Shown here piece after piece: positions 1-9,882 of a stretch of DNA of 64,000 bases (its first letter is position 1; the number at the start of each line of letters is the position of its first letter). The translations under genes were made by a program, and so were the position numbers. This DNA comes from Microbacterium sp. (GTDB lineage Bacteria; Actinomycetota; Actinomycetes; Actinomycetales; Microbacteriaceae): NCBI RefSeq assembly GCF_041641055.1, contig NZ_JBEPZB010000008.1, positions 46,600-110,599 of the forward strand, given 5' to 3'. The notes beneath the pieces are model-generated. The model was not told the origin of the DNA, made no database searches, and was given only the letters and a program-made list of their open reading frames with translations.

Positions 1-178
1 TGCGAGACGAGATCAGATGCGCGGACTCGTACATCGTGCTGCGGGGGTTGTCGATGTCCCACAGCCCGCCGACGCCGGTCGAGGCCTCGTAGCCGTCGAC
101 GCCGATCCCGCGTCGGGTCAGCGCCCTGGCCGCGGCGAGCCCGGACGGCCCCGCGCCGATGACGGCGTATCTGTTCAT
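1..178 (-). CDS. Flavin-containing monooxygenase, N-terminal part (runs off the window edge)
   Basis: Manual translation from ATG at 178: MNRYAVIGAGPSGLAAARAL...GVGGLWDIDNPRSTMYESAHLISS. GxGxxG FAD motif plus GGLW/MY pattern of FMOs; GAGGAG SD upstream. Not in the ORF track. Confidence 0.85.
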   Translation of the reverse strand, partial: MNRYAVIGAGPSGLAAARALTRRGIGVDGYEASTGVGGLWDIDNPRSTMYESAHLISSR

Positions 179-273
179 GCTGCTCCTCGCACGTCGCTGT
201 GCTCGCTTCCGCGCCCCGTGCCGATCGTATCGGCACGGCGGCACGGGGCGGCAGGGATGCGAGGAGCTGACGG

Positions 274-1431
274 CTAGGCGGAGCGCAGCGCCGTCTGCCG
301 CGACTCGACGGCGTCGCGGACGGCGGGGAACAGCGGATGCTCCGGATCCAGGCCTGTCGCGCGCACGGTGAGGGCGAGCGCATCCTCGGTGCGCAGCAGC
401 GACTGCAGCTCGACCGCCTGCTCGTCCTCGGCGTCCTCGAACTCGAGGGCGGCGGTGACGGCACCCACGAGGGCGATCGTCGGCAGACCGCGCTCGGCGG
501 CCATCGCGGCCGGTCCGATGAAGCGCTCATGGCGCGAGATCTTCCGCAGCGGCTGACGTCCCACCCGCCGCACGGTGTCGACGAGCGCGGGATTGCGGAA
601 CCGCTCGAGGATCGTCGCGCGGTACTCGGCGAGGTCGGCGGGGTCGAGTCCGTGCTCGGCGACGAGGACCGCCGACGTCTCCTCGAGGGTCGCCGACACG
701 CGCGCGGCGATGTCGGGGTCGGCGAGGGCGTCGGAGATGCGGTCGATGCCGGCTCGCGCACCGAAGTACGCGGTGGCCGCGTGCCCGGTGTTCACCGTGA
801 AGAGCTTGCGCTCGATGTAGGGGGCGAGGTTCTCGACGAAGTGCGCTCCTGGTATGCGGGGGAGGTCCCCGCCGAACGCTCCGGATTCGATCGCCCACTC
901 GAAGTAGGGCTCCACCGTGACATCGACGCCGCCGTCGGCGGGCTGCCCGGGGACGATGCGGTCGACGGCGGTGTTCGCGAACACGGCGCGGGCGAGCAGC
1001 TGCTCGGCATCCGCTCCCGCCGCTTTCTCGATCTCGTCGCGCAGTGTGTCGGTGGCGCCGATCGCGTTCTCGCAGGCCATGACCTGCAGCGGCACGGCGT
1101 CAGGGGAGCGGCGCGCTAGGCCCGCCACGATCGTCGGGGCCACGAACCGCAGCACGGTCGGGCCGACGGCCGTCGTCACCACGTCTGCCGACGCGACCTC
1201 GTCGGCGACGGCATCCGGGTCCGTTCTGCTGTTGACCGCGCGGAACCCGGTCACCACATGGTCTGTGCCACCGGGCCCCGCTTCGTGCACCGTGTACGAA
1301 TCGACGGCGTTGATCGCATCGACCAGAGCGTCGGCGACGTCGGAGAAGACGATCTCGTAGCCTCCCTCGTGCAGCAGCAGGCCGACGAAGCCCCGACCGA
1401 TGTTGCCGGCGCCGAAATGGACGGCCTTCAT
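274..1431 (-). CDS. mtlD: Mannitol-1-phosphate 5-dehydrogenase
   Basis: MKAVHFGAGNIGRGF, ACEN, VDRIVP and ERKLFTVNTGH motifs; last gene of the mannitol PTS operon. Confidence 0.95.
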   Translation of the reverse strand: MKAVHFGAGNIGRGFVGLLLHEGGYEIVFSDVADALVDAINAVDSYTVHEAGPGGTDHVVTGFRAVNSRTDPDAVADEVASADVVTTAVGPTVLRFVAPTIVAGLARRSPDAVPLQVMACENAIGATDTLRDEIEKAAGADAEQLLARAVFANTAVDRIVPGQPADGGVDVTVEPYFEWAIESGAFGGDLPRIPGAHFVENLAPYIERKLFTVNTGHAATAYFGARAGIDRISDALADPDIAARVSATLEETSAVLVAEHGLDPADLAEYRATILERFRNPALVDTVRRVGRQPLRKISRHERFIGPAAMAAERGLPTIALVGAVTAALEFEDAEDEQAVELQSLLRTEDALALTVRATGLDPEHPLFPAVRDAVESRQTALRSA

Positions 1432-1862
1432 CAGTCGTTCACCGCCGAGAGCAGCGCGTAGAGCTCTTCGGGGGTCTGGGCGGCGTTGAGCTTCGCGACG
1501 TCGTCCTCGTCGGAGAAGAGGATCGCGATCTGCGACAGGATCTCGAGGTGCTCGTCGCCGCGTCCGGCGATGCCGACCACGAACGTGGCCTGCTCGCCAT
1601 CCCAGTCCACGCCGCCGTCGTAGCGGACGACCGACAGGGCGGATCCGAGGATCGCGTCCTTCGCGTCATTCGTGCCGTGCGGAATCGCCAGACCGTTGCC
1701 CATGTACGTCGAGACCGTCTGCTCGCGCTGGCGCATCGCGTCGACGTACGCCGGGGTGACCGCGCCGGCGGCGACGAGGATGTCAGTCGCCTCCTGGAGG
1801 GCGGCCTCCTGCGTGCTGCCTCCGGAGTGGATGCGGACCTGGTCGAGGGAGAGAACGCTCAT
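1431..1862 (-). CDS. mtlF: PTS mannitol-specific EIIA
   Basis: STYMGNGLAIPHGT phospho-His motif of Fru/Mtl-family EIIA; stop overlaps the mtlD start. Confidence 0.92.
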   Translation of the reverse strand: MSVLSLDQVRIHSGGSTQEAALQEATDILVAAGAVTPAYVDAMRQREQTVSTYMGNGLAIPHGTNDAKDAILGSALSVVRYDGGVDWDGEQATFVVGIAGRGDEHLEILSQIAILFSDEDDVAKLNAAQTPEELYALLSAVND

Positions 1863-1893
1863 GGTGATTCCTTCTTCTTTCTGAGGATGTGAA

Positions 1894-1925
1894 GGCGGGG
1901 CGGATGCCGGAGCACCCGCCCCGCC
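1894..1925. other. Intra-operon stem-loop between mtlA and mtlF
   Basis: ggcggggcgg (1894-1903) pairs with ccgccccgcc (1916-1925), with an inner tgc/gca stem. Confidence 0.55.
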
Positions 1926-1932
1926 CGGTCTG

Positions 1933-3546
1933 TCACGCGTCGGAGTCGCGCTGCGCGCGCACCATCTCGACGACCTCTTCGTACTTCGGAGAGTTCATGA
2001 AGTTGTCGACGGACACGTGGATCGAGTTCGGCGACTGCGCCTGGGCGCGATCGGTCAGCTGCTGCTGCGTGATCACGAGGTCGGCGCTGCCGTCGAGGTT
2101 CGCGATGGCCTGGTTCGTGACGGTGACGCCCTCGACCCCTGCCTTCTTGAACTTGTTGCGCAGCACGCTCGCGCCCATCGCCGAGGAGCCCATCCCGGCG
2201 TCGCAGGCGAACACGACGTTCTGGATGCGGCGGTCGGTGGCGACGGCGGTCGGTGCGGCCGCGCCGGAGGAGGCGCGGAGAGCATCCATCGCTGCCGAGG
2301 ACTTGCCCTTGTTCGCCTCGGTCTGCGCGATCGCGTCGCCGAAGCTGTCGCCCTCGGCCTCCAGGTCGCGCTTGCGCGATGCCCGCAGGATGACACCGGT
2401 GATGAGGAACGTCACGACGGCGGCGATGATGACCGACAGGTACACGACCAGCAGGTTCGGCACGCCGGGGCCGATGGCTGCCGCGGTGACGGCGATGATG
2501 CTTCCCGGCGCTGCGGGGAATGCCAGTCCGCCGCCGAGCAGCATGTTCGTGGTGACGCCGGCGGCTCCACCCGCGATCAGGGCGAGGATGGTGGTCGGCT
2601 TGCTGAGCGCGTACGGGAAGTAGATCTCGTGGATGCCACCGAAGAACTGGATGATCGCGGCTCCCGGTGCGGATGCCTTGGCGGCACCGACACCGAAGAA
2701 GGTGAAGGCGAGCAGAAGACCGAGACCGGGGCCGGGGTTCGCCTCGATGAGGAACAGGATCGACTTGCCGGTCTCTGTCGCCTGCTCGATGCCGAGAGGG
2801 GTGAAGACGCCGTGGTTGATGGCGTTGTTGAGGAACAGCACCTTCGCGGGCTCGACGATGATCGACACGAGGGGGAGCAGGTTGAGCGCGACCAGCCAGT
2901 CGACGGCACCGCCGAGAATAGCGCTGATGCCGAGCATCACGGGGCCGAACGCGAAGAATCCGAAGATCGCCAGCAGCATTCCCAGGATGCCGGCAGAGAA
3001 GTTGTTGACCAGCATCTCGAATCCGGGGCGGATCTTGCCGTCCCACAGCCTGTCCATCTGCTTGGTGATGTAGGCCGCGAGCGGGCCCATGATCATCGCA
3101 CCGAGGAACATCGGGATGTTCGTGCCGACGATGACACCCATCGTCGCGATCGTCGCGACGACACCGCCTCGCTCGCCGTAGACCATGCGCCCAGCGGTGT
3201 TGGCGATGAGAAGCGGGAGCAGGTAGGTGACCATCGGTCCCACGAGTCCGACGTAGGCGAAGATGTTGCCCCCGTCGCCTTCGGCGAGGCCCGTCATGGC
3301 TCCCTGCCATCCGACGATCGCGGAGTCGCCACCGCCGCCGATGAGCTCGGCCACCGGGTACCAGTGCCACTTGAACGGACTGTCCTCACCGAAGAACCCT
3401 GCGGGGATGAAGAGCATGGTGATGAATCCCCACGCGATGAACGCGGCGATGTTGGGCATGATCATGCCCGAGAGGAACGTGCCGAAGCGCTGCACGCCCG
3501 TTCGGAGGCCGCCTGACTTCGTGGCGGCCGGTGACGTCGTCGTCAT
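1933..3546 (-). CDS. mtlA: PTS mannitol-specific EIICB
   Basis: FLSGMIMPNIAAFIAWG, NNAINHG, EANPGPGLG, GGIHEIYFPY and EIIB FACDAGMGSSAMGA; start reassigned to MTTTS at 3546. Confidence 0.95.
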   Translation of the reverse strand: MTTTSPAATKSGGLRTGVQRFGTFLSGMIMPNIAAFIAWGFITMLFIPAGFFGEDSPFKWHWYPVAELIGGGGDSAIVGWQGAMTGLAEGDGGNIFAYVGLVGPMVTYLLPLLIANTAGRMVYGERGGVVATIATMGVIVGTNIPMFLGAMIMGPLAAYITKQMDRLWDGKIRPGFEMLVNNFSAGILGMLLAIFGFFAFGPVMLGISAILGGAVDWLVALNLLPLVSIIVEPAKVLFLNNAINHGVFTPLGIEQATETGKSILFLIEANPGPGLGLLLAFTFFGVGAAKASAPGAAIIQFFGGIHEIYFPYALSKPTTILALIAGGAAGVTTNMLLGGGLAFPAAPGSIIAVTAAAIGPGVPNLLVVYLSVIIAAVVTFLITGVILRASRKRDLEAEGDSFGDAIAQTEANKGKSSAAMDALRASSGAAAPTAVATDRRIQNVVFACDAGMGSSAMGASVLRNKFKKAGVEGVTVTNQAIANLDGSADLVITQQQLTDRAQAQSPNSIHVSVDNFMNSPKYEEVVEMVRAQRDSDA

Positions 3547-5228
3547 GATGTCGTCTCTTTCTGGTGAGGGGGAAGGGATGCCGCGGCATCGGCCACGGCC
3601 AGTCGGGCTCCGGCGGCGTCGTCCGCCGACAGGGCCCGTTCGGCGAGGGTGCGAGCCTCGTCGAGAGTGTGCTGTGCGAGGGTGTGGCGCACATCCGCGA
3701 GTGCGGAGGGCGCCATCGAGAGGCTCGTGGCGCCGAGACCGACGAGGACCACGGCGAGCATCGGATCTGCGGCGGCCTCGCCGCAGATGCCCACCGGCTT
3801 GCCCAGGCGTGCGCCGGCCGCGCCGACCTCGCGCACGAGGCGCAGGACGGCCGGATGCCACGGGTCCTGGAATCCGGCGACGGACCCCAGCATGCGATCA
3901 GCGGCCATCGTGTACTGAGTGAGGTCGTTCGTGCCGATCGACGCGAAGTCCGCATGCGCGAGGATCCGGTCGGCGAGCAGGGCGCTGGCCGGAATCTCGA
4001 CCATGACGCCGGCGGTCTTGAGGCCGTACTCCCGCGCGAGCGAGGTGAAGTACTGCGTCTCCTCGACGGTCGCGACCATCGGCGCCATGACCCACAGGTC
4101 GGCGTCGGTGGCGGCATCCGCCTCGGCCAGCGCGGTCAGCTGCTCGCGCAGGATGTCTTCGCTCGCCCGCAGTGCGCGCAGTCCGCGCAGCCCGAGTGCG
4201 GGGTTCTCCTCGTGGGCGTCGTTGAGGAAGGCCAGAGGTTTGTCGGCGCCGGCGTCCAGCATCCGCACCACCACCTTCTTCCCGGGGAAGGCCGCGAGGA
4301 GCTCCCGATACGACTCGCGCTGCTGCTGCACGGTCGGCGCCTGGGCCGATGAGAGGAACAGGAACTCCGTGCGGAACAGCCCGACGCCCTCGGCCCCGCG
4401 CTCGACGGCATCCGATGCGTCTGCGGGCTTCCCCAGGTTCGCCAGCAGCGGGATCAGCGTGCCGTCGGCGAGGGCGCCGGGGGTAAGCGGTGCGGAATCC
4501 GCGGAGCGACGGGCGGCGGCGCGCTGTTCGGCGCGCTGCTTCTCGTCGTCCGTCGGATCCAGGGTGACGATGCCGGCAGCGGCGTCGACGATCACGGGCT
4601 GGCCGGTGATGAGCTCCGAGGCGGCCGCAGCGCCGACGATCGCGACGATGCCCTTCTCGCGGGCGAGGATCGCCGTGTGCGAGGTCGGCCCGCCGTCGAA
4701 GGTGACCAGCGCGAGCACCTGGTCGAGGTTCAGCAGCGCGGTGTCGGCCGGAGCGAGATCGCGGGCGACGAGCACGAACGGATGCCCCGGATCCGGCACT
4801 CCCGGCGCATCCACGCCGCGGAGACGGGCGAGCACGCGCTGCGCGATGTCGTCGAGGTCGGCTGCGCGCTCGCCGAGGTAGCCGCCGACGGCCTCCAGCG
4901 TCGCGCGGAAGCCGGCGAATGCATCGTGCACGGCCCATTCGGCGGTGGCGCCGTCGTCGATGCGCGCATCGACCTCGTCCTGCAGCGTCGGATCCTCCGC
5001 GATCATCGCCTGCGCCTCGAGCACCTCCTGGGCCGAGCCGCCGGCAGTCTCTCCGCGCGCCGTGAGCTCCTGTGCGACGGCCGCGACCGCATCGCGGACT
5101 CGCGCGCGCTCGGCATCAGCCCCCTGCGTGCTCGGCGTGCTGTCCGGAGCCGGCAGCGCCTCGGTCATCCGCACGACGACGCCCTGGGCGACGCCGAGGC
5201 CGATGCCGACTCCGCGCAGCTCGCCCAT
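3543..5228 (-). CDS. ptsI: PTS enzyme I (PEP-protein phosphotransferase)
   Basis: GGPTSHTAILAR phospho-His, GVGLFRTEFLF, SIGTNDLTQY and GICGEAAAD motifs. Confidence 0.95.
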   Translation of the reverse strand: MGELRGVGIGLGVAQGVVVRMTEALPAPDSTPSTQGADAERARVRDAVAAVAQELTARGETAGGSAQEVLEAQAMIAEDPTLQDEVDARIDDGATAEWAVHDAFAGFRATLEAVGGYLGERAADLDDIAQRVLARLRGVDAPGVPDPGHPFVLVARDLAPADTALLNLDQVLALVTFDGGPTSHTAILAREKGIVAIVGAAAASELITGQPVIVDAAAGIVTLDPTDDEKQRAEQRAAARRSADSAPLTPGALADGTLIPLLANLGKPADASDAVERGAEGVGLFRTEFLFLSSAQAPTVQQQRESYRELLAAFPGKKVVVRMLDAGADKPLAFLNDAHEENPALGLRGLRALRASEDILREQLTALAEADAATDADLWVMAPMVATVEETQYFTSLAREYGLKTAGVMVEIPASALLADRILAHADFASIGTNDLTQYTMAADRMLGSVAGFQDPWHPAVLRLVREVGAAGARLGKPVGICGEAAADPMLAVVLVGLGATSLSMAPSALADVRHTLAQHTLDEARTLAERALSADDAAGARLAVADAAASLPPHQKETTS

Positions 5229-5230
5229 GC

Positions 5231-5506
5231 TCAGGCGTCCTGGTCGTGATCGGTGGTGAGGAGCTCGGTGAGCGTGTCGAGGACACCCTCGGCGCCGTCG
5301 CCGTCCGCGGTGAGCGTGACGTAGTCGCCGTGCTCGATCGCGAGCGCGATCACCCCGAGGATGCTGGCCGCGTTGACCGCCTTGCCCGAGTCCTTCGCGA
5401 TCGTGACAGGGATGCCGGAGTCCTTCGCGGCCTGCGCGAACAGCTTCGCGGGGCGCGCGTGGAGTCCGTGCGACGAGCCGATCCGGACGGTGCGGGAGAC
5501 GGTCAT
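5231..5506 (-). CDS. ptsH: Phosphocarrier protein HPr
   Basis: GLHARPA (His15) and NAASILGV (Ser46); start MTVSR at 5506 follows an AAAGGA SD. Confidence 0.92.
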   Translation of the reverse strand: MTVSRTVRIGSSHGLHARPAKLFAQAAKDSGIPVTIAKDSGKAVNAASILGVIALAIEHGDYVTLTADGDGAEGVLDTLTELLTTDHDQDA

Positions 5507-5820
5507 GATGTTCCTTTCGGGAGGGTCCCCGCCTCGGCGAGGATCGAGCGGGCCAGCGCCAGCGTGCGGGTGCCGTCGCGGTCTGCGAAGACGTCGTCGG
5601 GGAGCACCGCCACCGGGGCGGGCGCTGCCTGGCGGATCGCTTCGAGACGATCGGCGAGGTGAGGTCCGACGAGGATCAGATCGTGGTCGCCGCCCGCGAC
5701 GGAATGCTCCATCCCTGCGGCGGCATCCCACTGGAGGCCGGCCTCGGAGGCCGCCCTGCGCAGTCGCTGTGCGACGAACGTGCTCGACGCACCGGCGCCG
5801 CACACCACGAGGATCTTCAT
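5503..5820 (-). CDS. Stand-alone PTS EIIB (Cys-phosphorylated, lactose/cellobiose-like fold)
   Basis: MKILVVCGAGASSTFVA Cx5S-type P-loop, DLILVGPHL; first gene of the operon. Confidence 0.8.
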   Translation of the reverse strand: MKILVVCGAGASSTFVAQRLRRAASEAGLQWDAAAGMEHSVAGGDHDLILVGPHLADRLEAIRQAAPAPVAVLPDDVFADRDGTRTLALARSILAEAGTLPKGTS

Positions 5821-5884
5821 CGATGCTCACCTTTCCTGAGAACAGTCTGAGAAGCGGCGGGGTGGTGTCGCCAACACGTTCCTT

Positions 5885-5900
5885 TCCGCCCCTGCGGAAC
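5885..5900. promoter_or_regulatory. Inverted repeat in the divergent mtl promoter region, possible operator
   Basis: ttccgc-ccct-gcggaa, between the operon start and the regulator. Confidence 0.35.
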
Positions 5901-5987
5901 ATCCGTTTCGGAGCGGGGGCACCGGAGTACTGACATCATGGAAGTCACGCCAGGACAGTGCAGTCGGCACGGAGCACGGGGAGGATC

Positions 5988-7910
5988 ATGTCGCGTCAGC
6001 GCCAGGACCAGCTCCTCTCGACCCTGCTCCGCCAGGGCGACTGGGCGACGGCCGCCAGCCTCGCCGATCAGCTCGGGGTCACTCCCCGCAGCATCCGCTC
6101 GTATGTCGCGGCGTTGAATTCACGCACGCCTGGGTCGGATGCCGTGGAGTCGGGGCCTGCCGGGTACCGCGCAGGGTCCGGTGCGCGCGGCGCACTGCGC
6201 ACGAGGCAGAGCGGTGAGTCCGCTCCGCGCGATCGGCTGCACACCCTCGTCCGCACCCTGCTCGACGTGCCGGAGGGTGTCGACGTCTTCGAGGCGGCCG
6301 ACAGGCTCCACGTGAGTGAGGCGACGCTCGAGGCCGACCTGGCGCGTGTCCGAGGTCTCCTCGGCGGCACGGACCTCACGCTCGAGCGGGACCGGGAGAT
6401 CGTGCGTCTGCGCGGCGACGAGGCGGCGCAGCGTCGTCTGCTCAGTCGCCTTGCCCATGACGAGATGGATGCGGCATCGTTCCATCCCGAGACGTTCCGC
6501 CGTGCTCTGTCGGGGAGTGCCGTCACCGCGCATGCAGTCGCACCGTTCAAGTCGGAGCTCGTACGGGAGCTGGGGGAGCTGGGCTACTACGTCAACGAGC
6601 TCGCGATCGCCGACGTGCTGCTGCACATCGCCATTGCAGCCGACCGGGTCGCCGCGGGGCACGCTCTCGAGGATGCGCCCGCCGGGGCGCGCGAGGAGAT
6701 CCCGCGCGTCGGCGCGGTGATCGCCCGACTCGCTCAGGCGCACTTCTCGGTGGCGCTCGGCGACGGAGACAGCGGGCACCTCGCCTCCCTCGTGCTCACC
6801 CGCATCGTCGCGCCGGGCGTTGACGCGGCGGGCGACGTCGCTCGCAGCGGCGTCGACCCCGCGGTGGAATCGGCCGTCCGGGCCGAGATCACCAGGGCGG
6901 CCGAGGACTTCCAGGTCGACCTCGTCGACGAGCCGTTCGTGCTCCGCCTCGCCCTGCACGTGCAGAATCTGCTGCGCCGCGCCCAGGAGCGCGCGCTGAC
7001 CCGCAATCCGCTGACGCGGTCGCTGAAGACGACGTACCCGATGATCTTCGAGGTCGCCGTCTCGATCGCCAGCGGTCTGCACGACCGTCTGGGCACTCCC
7101 ATCCACGATGACGAGATCGCCTACATCGCCATGCACGTCGGCGGGCGTCTCGAACGCAGCCGCAAGGCCGAGTCGATCCTCACGGCGACCATCGTGTGCC
7201 CCGGGTACTACGAGCTTCACGAACTGCTCCGCTCCAGCGTGGACCGGTCCCTGGGGTCGGCGATCGAGGTCACGAGCGTCGTCACCAACGTCGACCCGGA
7301 GTGGACCTCCTTCGACACCGATCTGGTGCTCAGCACGATCGAGCCGGGCGCGACCGGAGACCGGTTCGTGCGGATCCAGCCGTTCCTGACGGACGCCGAC
7401 GTCGACCGCATCCAGCAGGCCGCAGCCCGCGTTCGCCGCGGACGACGCCTGACGCGCCTCCGTGCCGAGCTCGCGCGGTACTTCGTCGCCGACGCCTTCG
7501 TCTATCCGCTCGCCGACGAGGGGGAGGAAGCGATCATCCGCCGACTCGGTGGGCTGCTCGTCGACGCAGGGCTGATCGGCGACGACTACGTGGAGAACAC
7601 CATCGTGCGCGAGCGGATGTCGTCCACAGCCTTCACTGATGCGCTCGCCGTGCCCCACGCGCTGCAGATGACCGCGACGAGGACCGCGATCGCGGTCGGC
7701 GTCGCCGACGGTTCAGCCGCCTGGGGCGAGGGAAGGGTGCAGGTGGTCGCCCTCGCCGCATTCAGCGAGAGCGACCGCGCCGCGTTCCAGACCGTGTTCG
7801 AACAGCTCGTCGAGGTGTTCAGCGAGCGCGACAGCGTGCAGCGGATCGTGCGCCGGGGCACCAGCTTCGAGGCGTTCCTCGACGAGCTCGTCGCCGTCAT
7901 CGACGGCTGA
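5988..7910 (+). CDS. PRD-domain transcriptional regulator (MtlR/LicR type)
   Basis: N-terminal HTH (LADQLGVTPRSIRSYV), two PRD-like segments (DDEIAYIAMH), EIIB-like IVCPG, and C-terminal EIIA (SSTAF...AVPHA); divergent from the mtl operon. Confidence 0.88.
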   Translation: MSRQRQDQLLSTLLRQGDWATAASLADQLGVTPRSIRSYVAALNSRTPGSDAVESGPAGYRAGSGARGALRTRQSGESAPRDRLHTLVRTLLDVPEGVDVFEAADRLHVSEATLEADLARVRGLLGGTDLTLERDREIVRLRGDEAAQRRLLSRLAHDEMDAASFHPETFRRALSGSAVTAHAVAPFKSELVRELGELGYYVNELAIADVLLHIAIAADRVAAGHALEDAPAGAREEIPRVGAVIARLAQAHFSVALGDGDSGHLASLVLTRIVAPGVDAAGDVARSGVDPAVESAVRAEITRAAEDFQVDLVDEPFVLRLALHVQNLLRRAQERALTRNPLTRSLKTTYPMIFEVAVSIASGLHDRLGTPIHDDEIAYIAMHVGGRLERSRKAESILTATIVCPGYYELHELLRSSVDRSLGSAIEVTSVVTNVDPEWTSFDTDLVLSTIEPGATGDRFVRIQPFLTDADVDRIQQAAARVRRGRRLTRLRAELARYFVADAFVYPLADEGEEAIIRRLGGLLVDAGLIGDDYVENTIVRERMSSTAFTDALAVPHALQMTATRTAIAVGVADGSAAWGEGRVQVVALAAFSESDRAAFQTVFEQLVEVFSERDSVQRIVRRGTSFEAFLDELVAVIDG

Positions 7911-7940
7911 GTGCCGCAGAGCCCAGTGCGAGCGAGCCTC

Positions 7941-8204
7941 TCAGCCGCGCGGAGCCAGCACGTCGGCCAGCGTGTCGAGCAGCGACTCGGCGTCGACCGA
8001 CTCCCTCGTCTCCAGCACCACGGCGTCGCCGGGTGCGAGGGCGAGGTCCATCAGCGCGAGCACGCTGCTGAGGTCCACGACCGCCCCCGACGACGTGCGC
8101 AGGGTCACGGGATGGGGGTGCGCCTGCACGAGCCGCACGAGTTCTGCGACCGGTCGGGCGTGCACACCGTTATGCGCGGTGATGACGACCTGTCTCCTCG
8201 GCAT
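7941..8204 (-). CDS. Second HPr-family phosphocarrier
   Basis: NGVHARPVAELV and DLSSVLALM motifs; 87 aa. Confidence 0.85.
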   Translation of the reverse strand: MPRRQVVITAHNGVHARPVAELVRLVQAHPHPVTLRTSSGAVVDLSSVLALMDLALAPGDAVVLETRESVDAESLLDTLADVLAPRG

Positions 8205-8211
8205 CCGGCAC

Positions 8212-9882
8212 CTAGGAGCGCTCGTCGAGCAGCGAGCGGATCGCGGCCTCGAGCTCGCCGACGATCTCGCCGGCCCTCTCAGCGGACTCGGCCTTGGCGT
8301 CGATGTACACCTTGAGCTTCGGCTCCGTGCCGCTCGGACGCACGATGATGCGGGAGCCGTCCGTCAGCCGGTAGCGCAGGACGTCGCCGGAGGGCTGTCC
8401 GTCGCCCGCCTGCAGCAGGTCCTCAGCCGAGGCGATGGCATGGCCGCCGAACTGCGTCGGAGGGAGCGTGCGCAGCGACAGCATGACTCTGCCGATCACC
8501 GAGAGGTCGTCGACGCGCACCGACACCTGGCCGCTCGCGAAGTGCCCGTAGGTGTCGCCCAGCTCGGCGAGCAGGCCCGTCAGCGACGAACCGCGCTCGT
8601 GCGCCTCCGCCGCGAGACCTAAGATCGCGACGGCGGCGGAGATGCCGTCCTTGTCGCGCACCGTCTCGGGGTTCACGAGGTAACCGAGCGCCTCCTCGAA
8701 TCCGAACACGATGCCGGGTGCGCGGGAGATCCACTTGAAGCCGGTGAGCGTCTCGTGGAAGTCGAGTCCGTGATGTGCGGCCACGGCGCCGAGGCCGGGG
8801 GAGGACACCAGCGAGCAGGCCAGCGACGCCCCCGGGGTGCCGGCGGCTGCACGCGCTGCGCGAGCTCCGAGCAGCAGCCCGACCTCGTTTCCGGTGAGAC
8901 GACGCCAGCCGCTCTCCGCCGACGCATCGGGCACCGCCACGGCGAGACGATCGGCATCCGGGTCGTTCGCGAGGATGAAGTCCGCCTGCACACGGCGTGC
9001 GCGGGAGAACGCCAGGTCCATCGCTCCCGGCTCCTCGGGATTGGGGAACGACACGGTGCGGAATGTGGCGTCGGGCTGAAGCTGCTCGCCGACGACCATC
9101 GGCTGCGGATACCCCGCCGCCGCGACCACCTTCGAGACGGTCTCCCAGCCCACGCCGTGCATGGCCGTGTAGACCCAGCGCAGGTCCGCGGCGCCGGCGG
9201 GCGCTGGTGCGACGGCGGCGGTGGCCGCGATGTAGGCCTCGACGACTTCCTCGCCCGCGGTCTCGTACTGCGTGGAGCGGGGGAGCGCCGACACGTCTCC
9301 GGCGTCGGCCACGCGCTGGATGTGCGCCGCGATCTCGGCATCCGCGGGAGCCACGATCTGAGACCCCTGGTCCGGCCCGCCGAGGTAGACCTTGTAGCCG
9401 TTGTCGTTCGGGGGGTTGTGCGAGGCGGTCACCATCACGCCGGCATCCGCGCCGAGGTGGCGCACCGCGAACGCGAGCACCGGAGTCGGCAGGAGCCGTG
9501 GGAGCAGGATCGCTCGCAGACCGGCACCCGCGAACAGCTCGGCCGAGTCGGCGGCGAAGACGCGGGAGTTGCGGCGTCCGTCGTATCCGATCACGACGGT
9601 GGGCGTGGACCCCCGCGCTCGTTCGTGCAGGTACGCCGCGAAGCCTGCCGCCGCCTGAGCCACGAGGACGCGGTTCATGCGGTTGCTCCCGGCACCGAGC
9701 GCTCCGCGCAGACCGGCGGTGCCGAAGGCGAGCCTGGTGTGGAAGCGGTCGTCGAGGTCGGCGGATGCCGCCTCGTCGCCGCCCGCCGCGCGGGTGATCA
9801 CCGCGGCGAGCTCGTCACGGGTCTCGTGATCGGGATCCTGCCGCATCCAGGCCCGCGCCTGGGCGAGGCGCTCGTCGTTCAC
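8212..9882 (-). CDS. Alpha-D-phosphohexomutase family phospho-sugar mutase (PmmB-like)
   Basis: FGTAGLRG, VTASHNP phospho-Ser, NDPDADR metal loop, RPSGTEPKLK. Confidence 0.9.
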   Translation of the reverse strand: MNDERLAQARAWMRQDPDHETRDELAAVITRAAGGDEAASADLDDRFHTRLAFGTAGLRGALGAGSNRMNRVLVAQAAAGFAAYLHERARGSTPTVVIGYDGRRNSRVFAADSAELFAGAGLRAILLPRLLPTPVLAFAVRHLGADAGVMVTASHNPPNDNGYKVYLGGPDQGSQIVAPADAEIAAHIQRVADAGDVSALPRSTQYETAGEEVVEAYIAATAAVAPAPAGAADLRWVYTAMHGVGWETVSKVVAAAGYPQPMVVGEQLQPDATFRTVSFPNPEEPGAMDLAFSRARRVQADFILANDPDADRLAVAVPDASAESGWRRLTGNEVGLLLGARAARAAAGTPGASLACSLVSSPGLGAVAAHHGLDFHETLTGFKWISRAPGIVFGFEEALGYLVNPETVRDKDGISAAVAILGLAAEAHERGSSLTGLLAELGDTYGHFASGQVSVRVDDLSVIGRVMLSLRTLPPTQFGGHAIASAEDLLQAGDGQPSGDVLRYRLTDGSRIIVRPSGTEPKLKVYIDAKAESAERAGEIVGELEAAIRSLLDERS

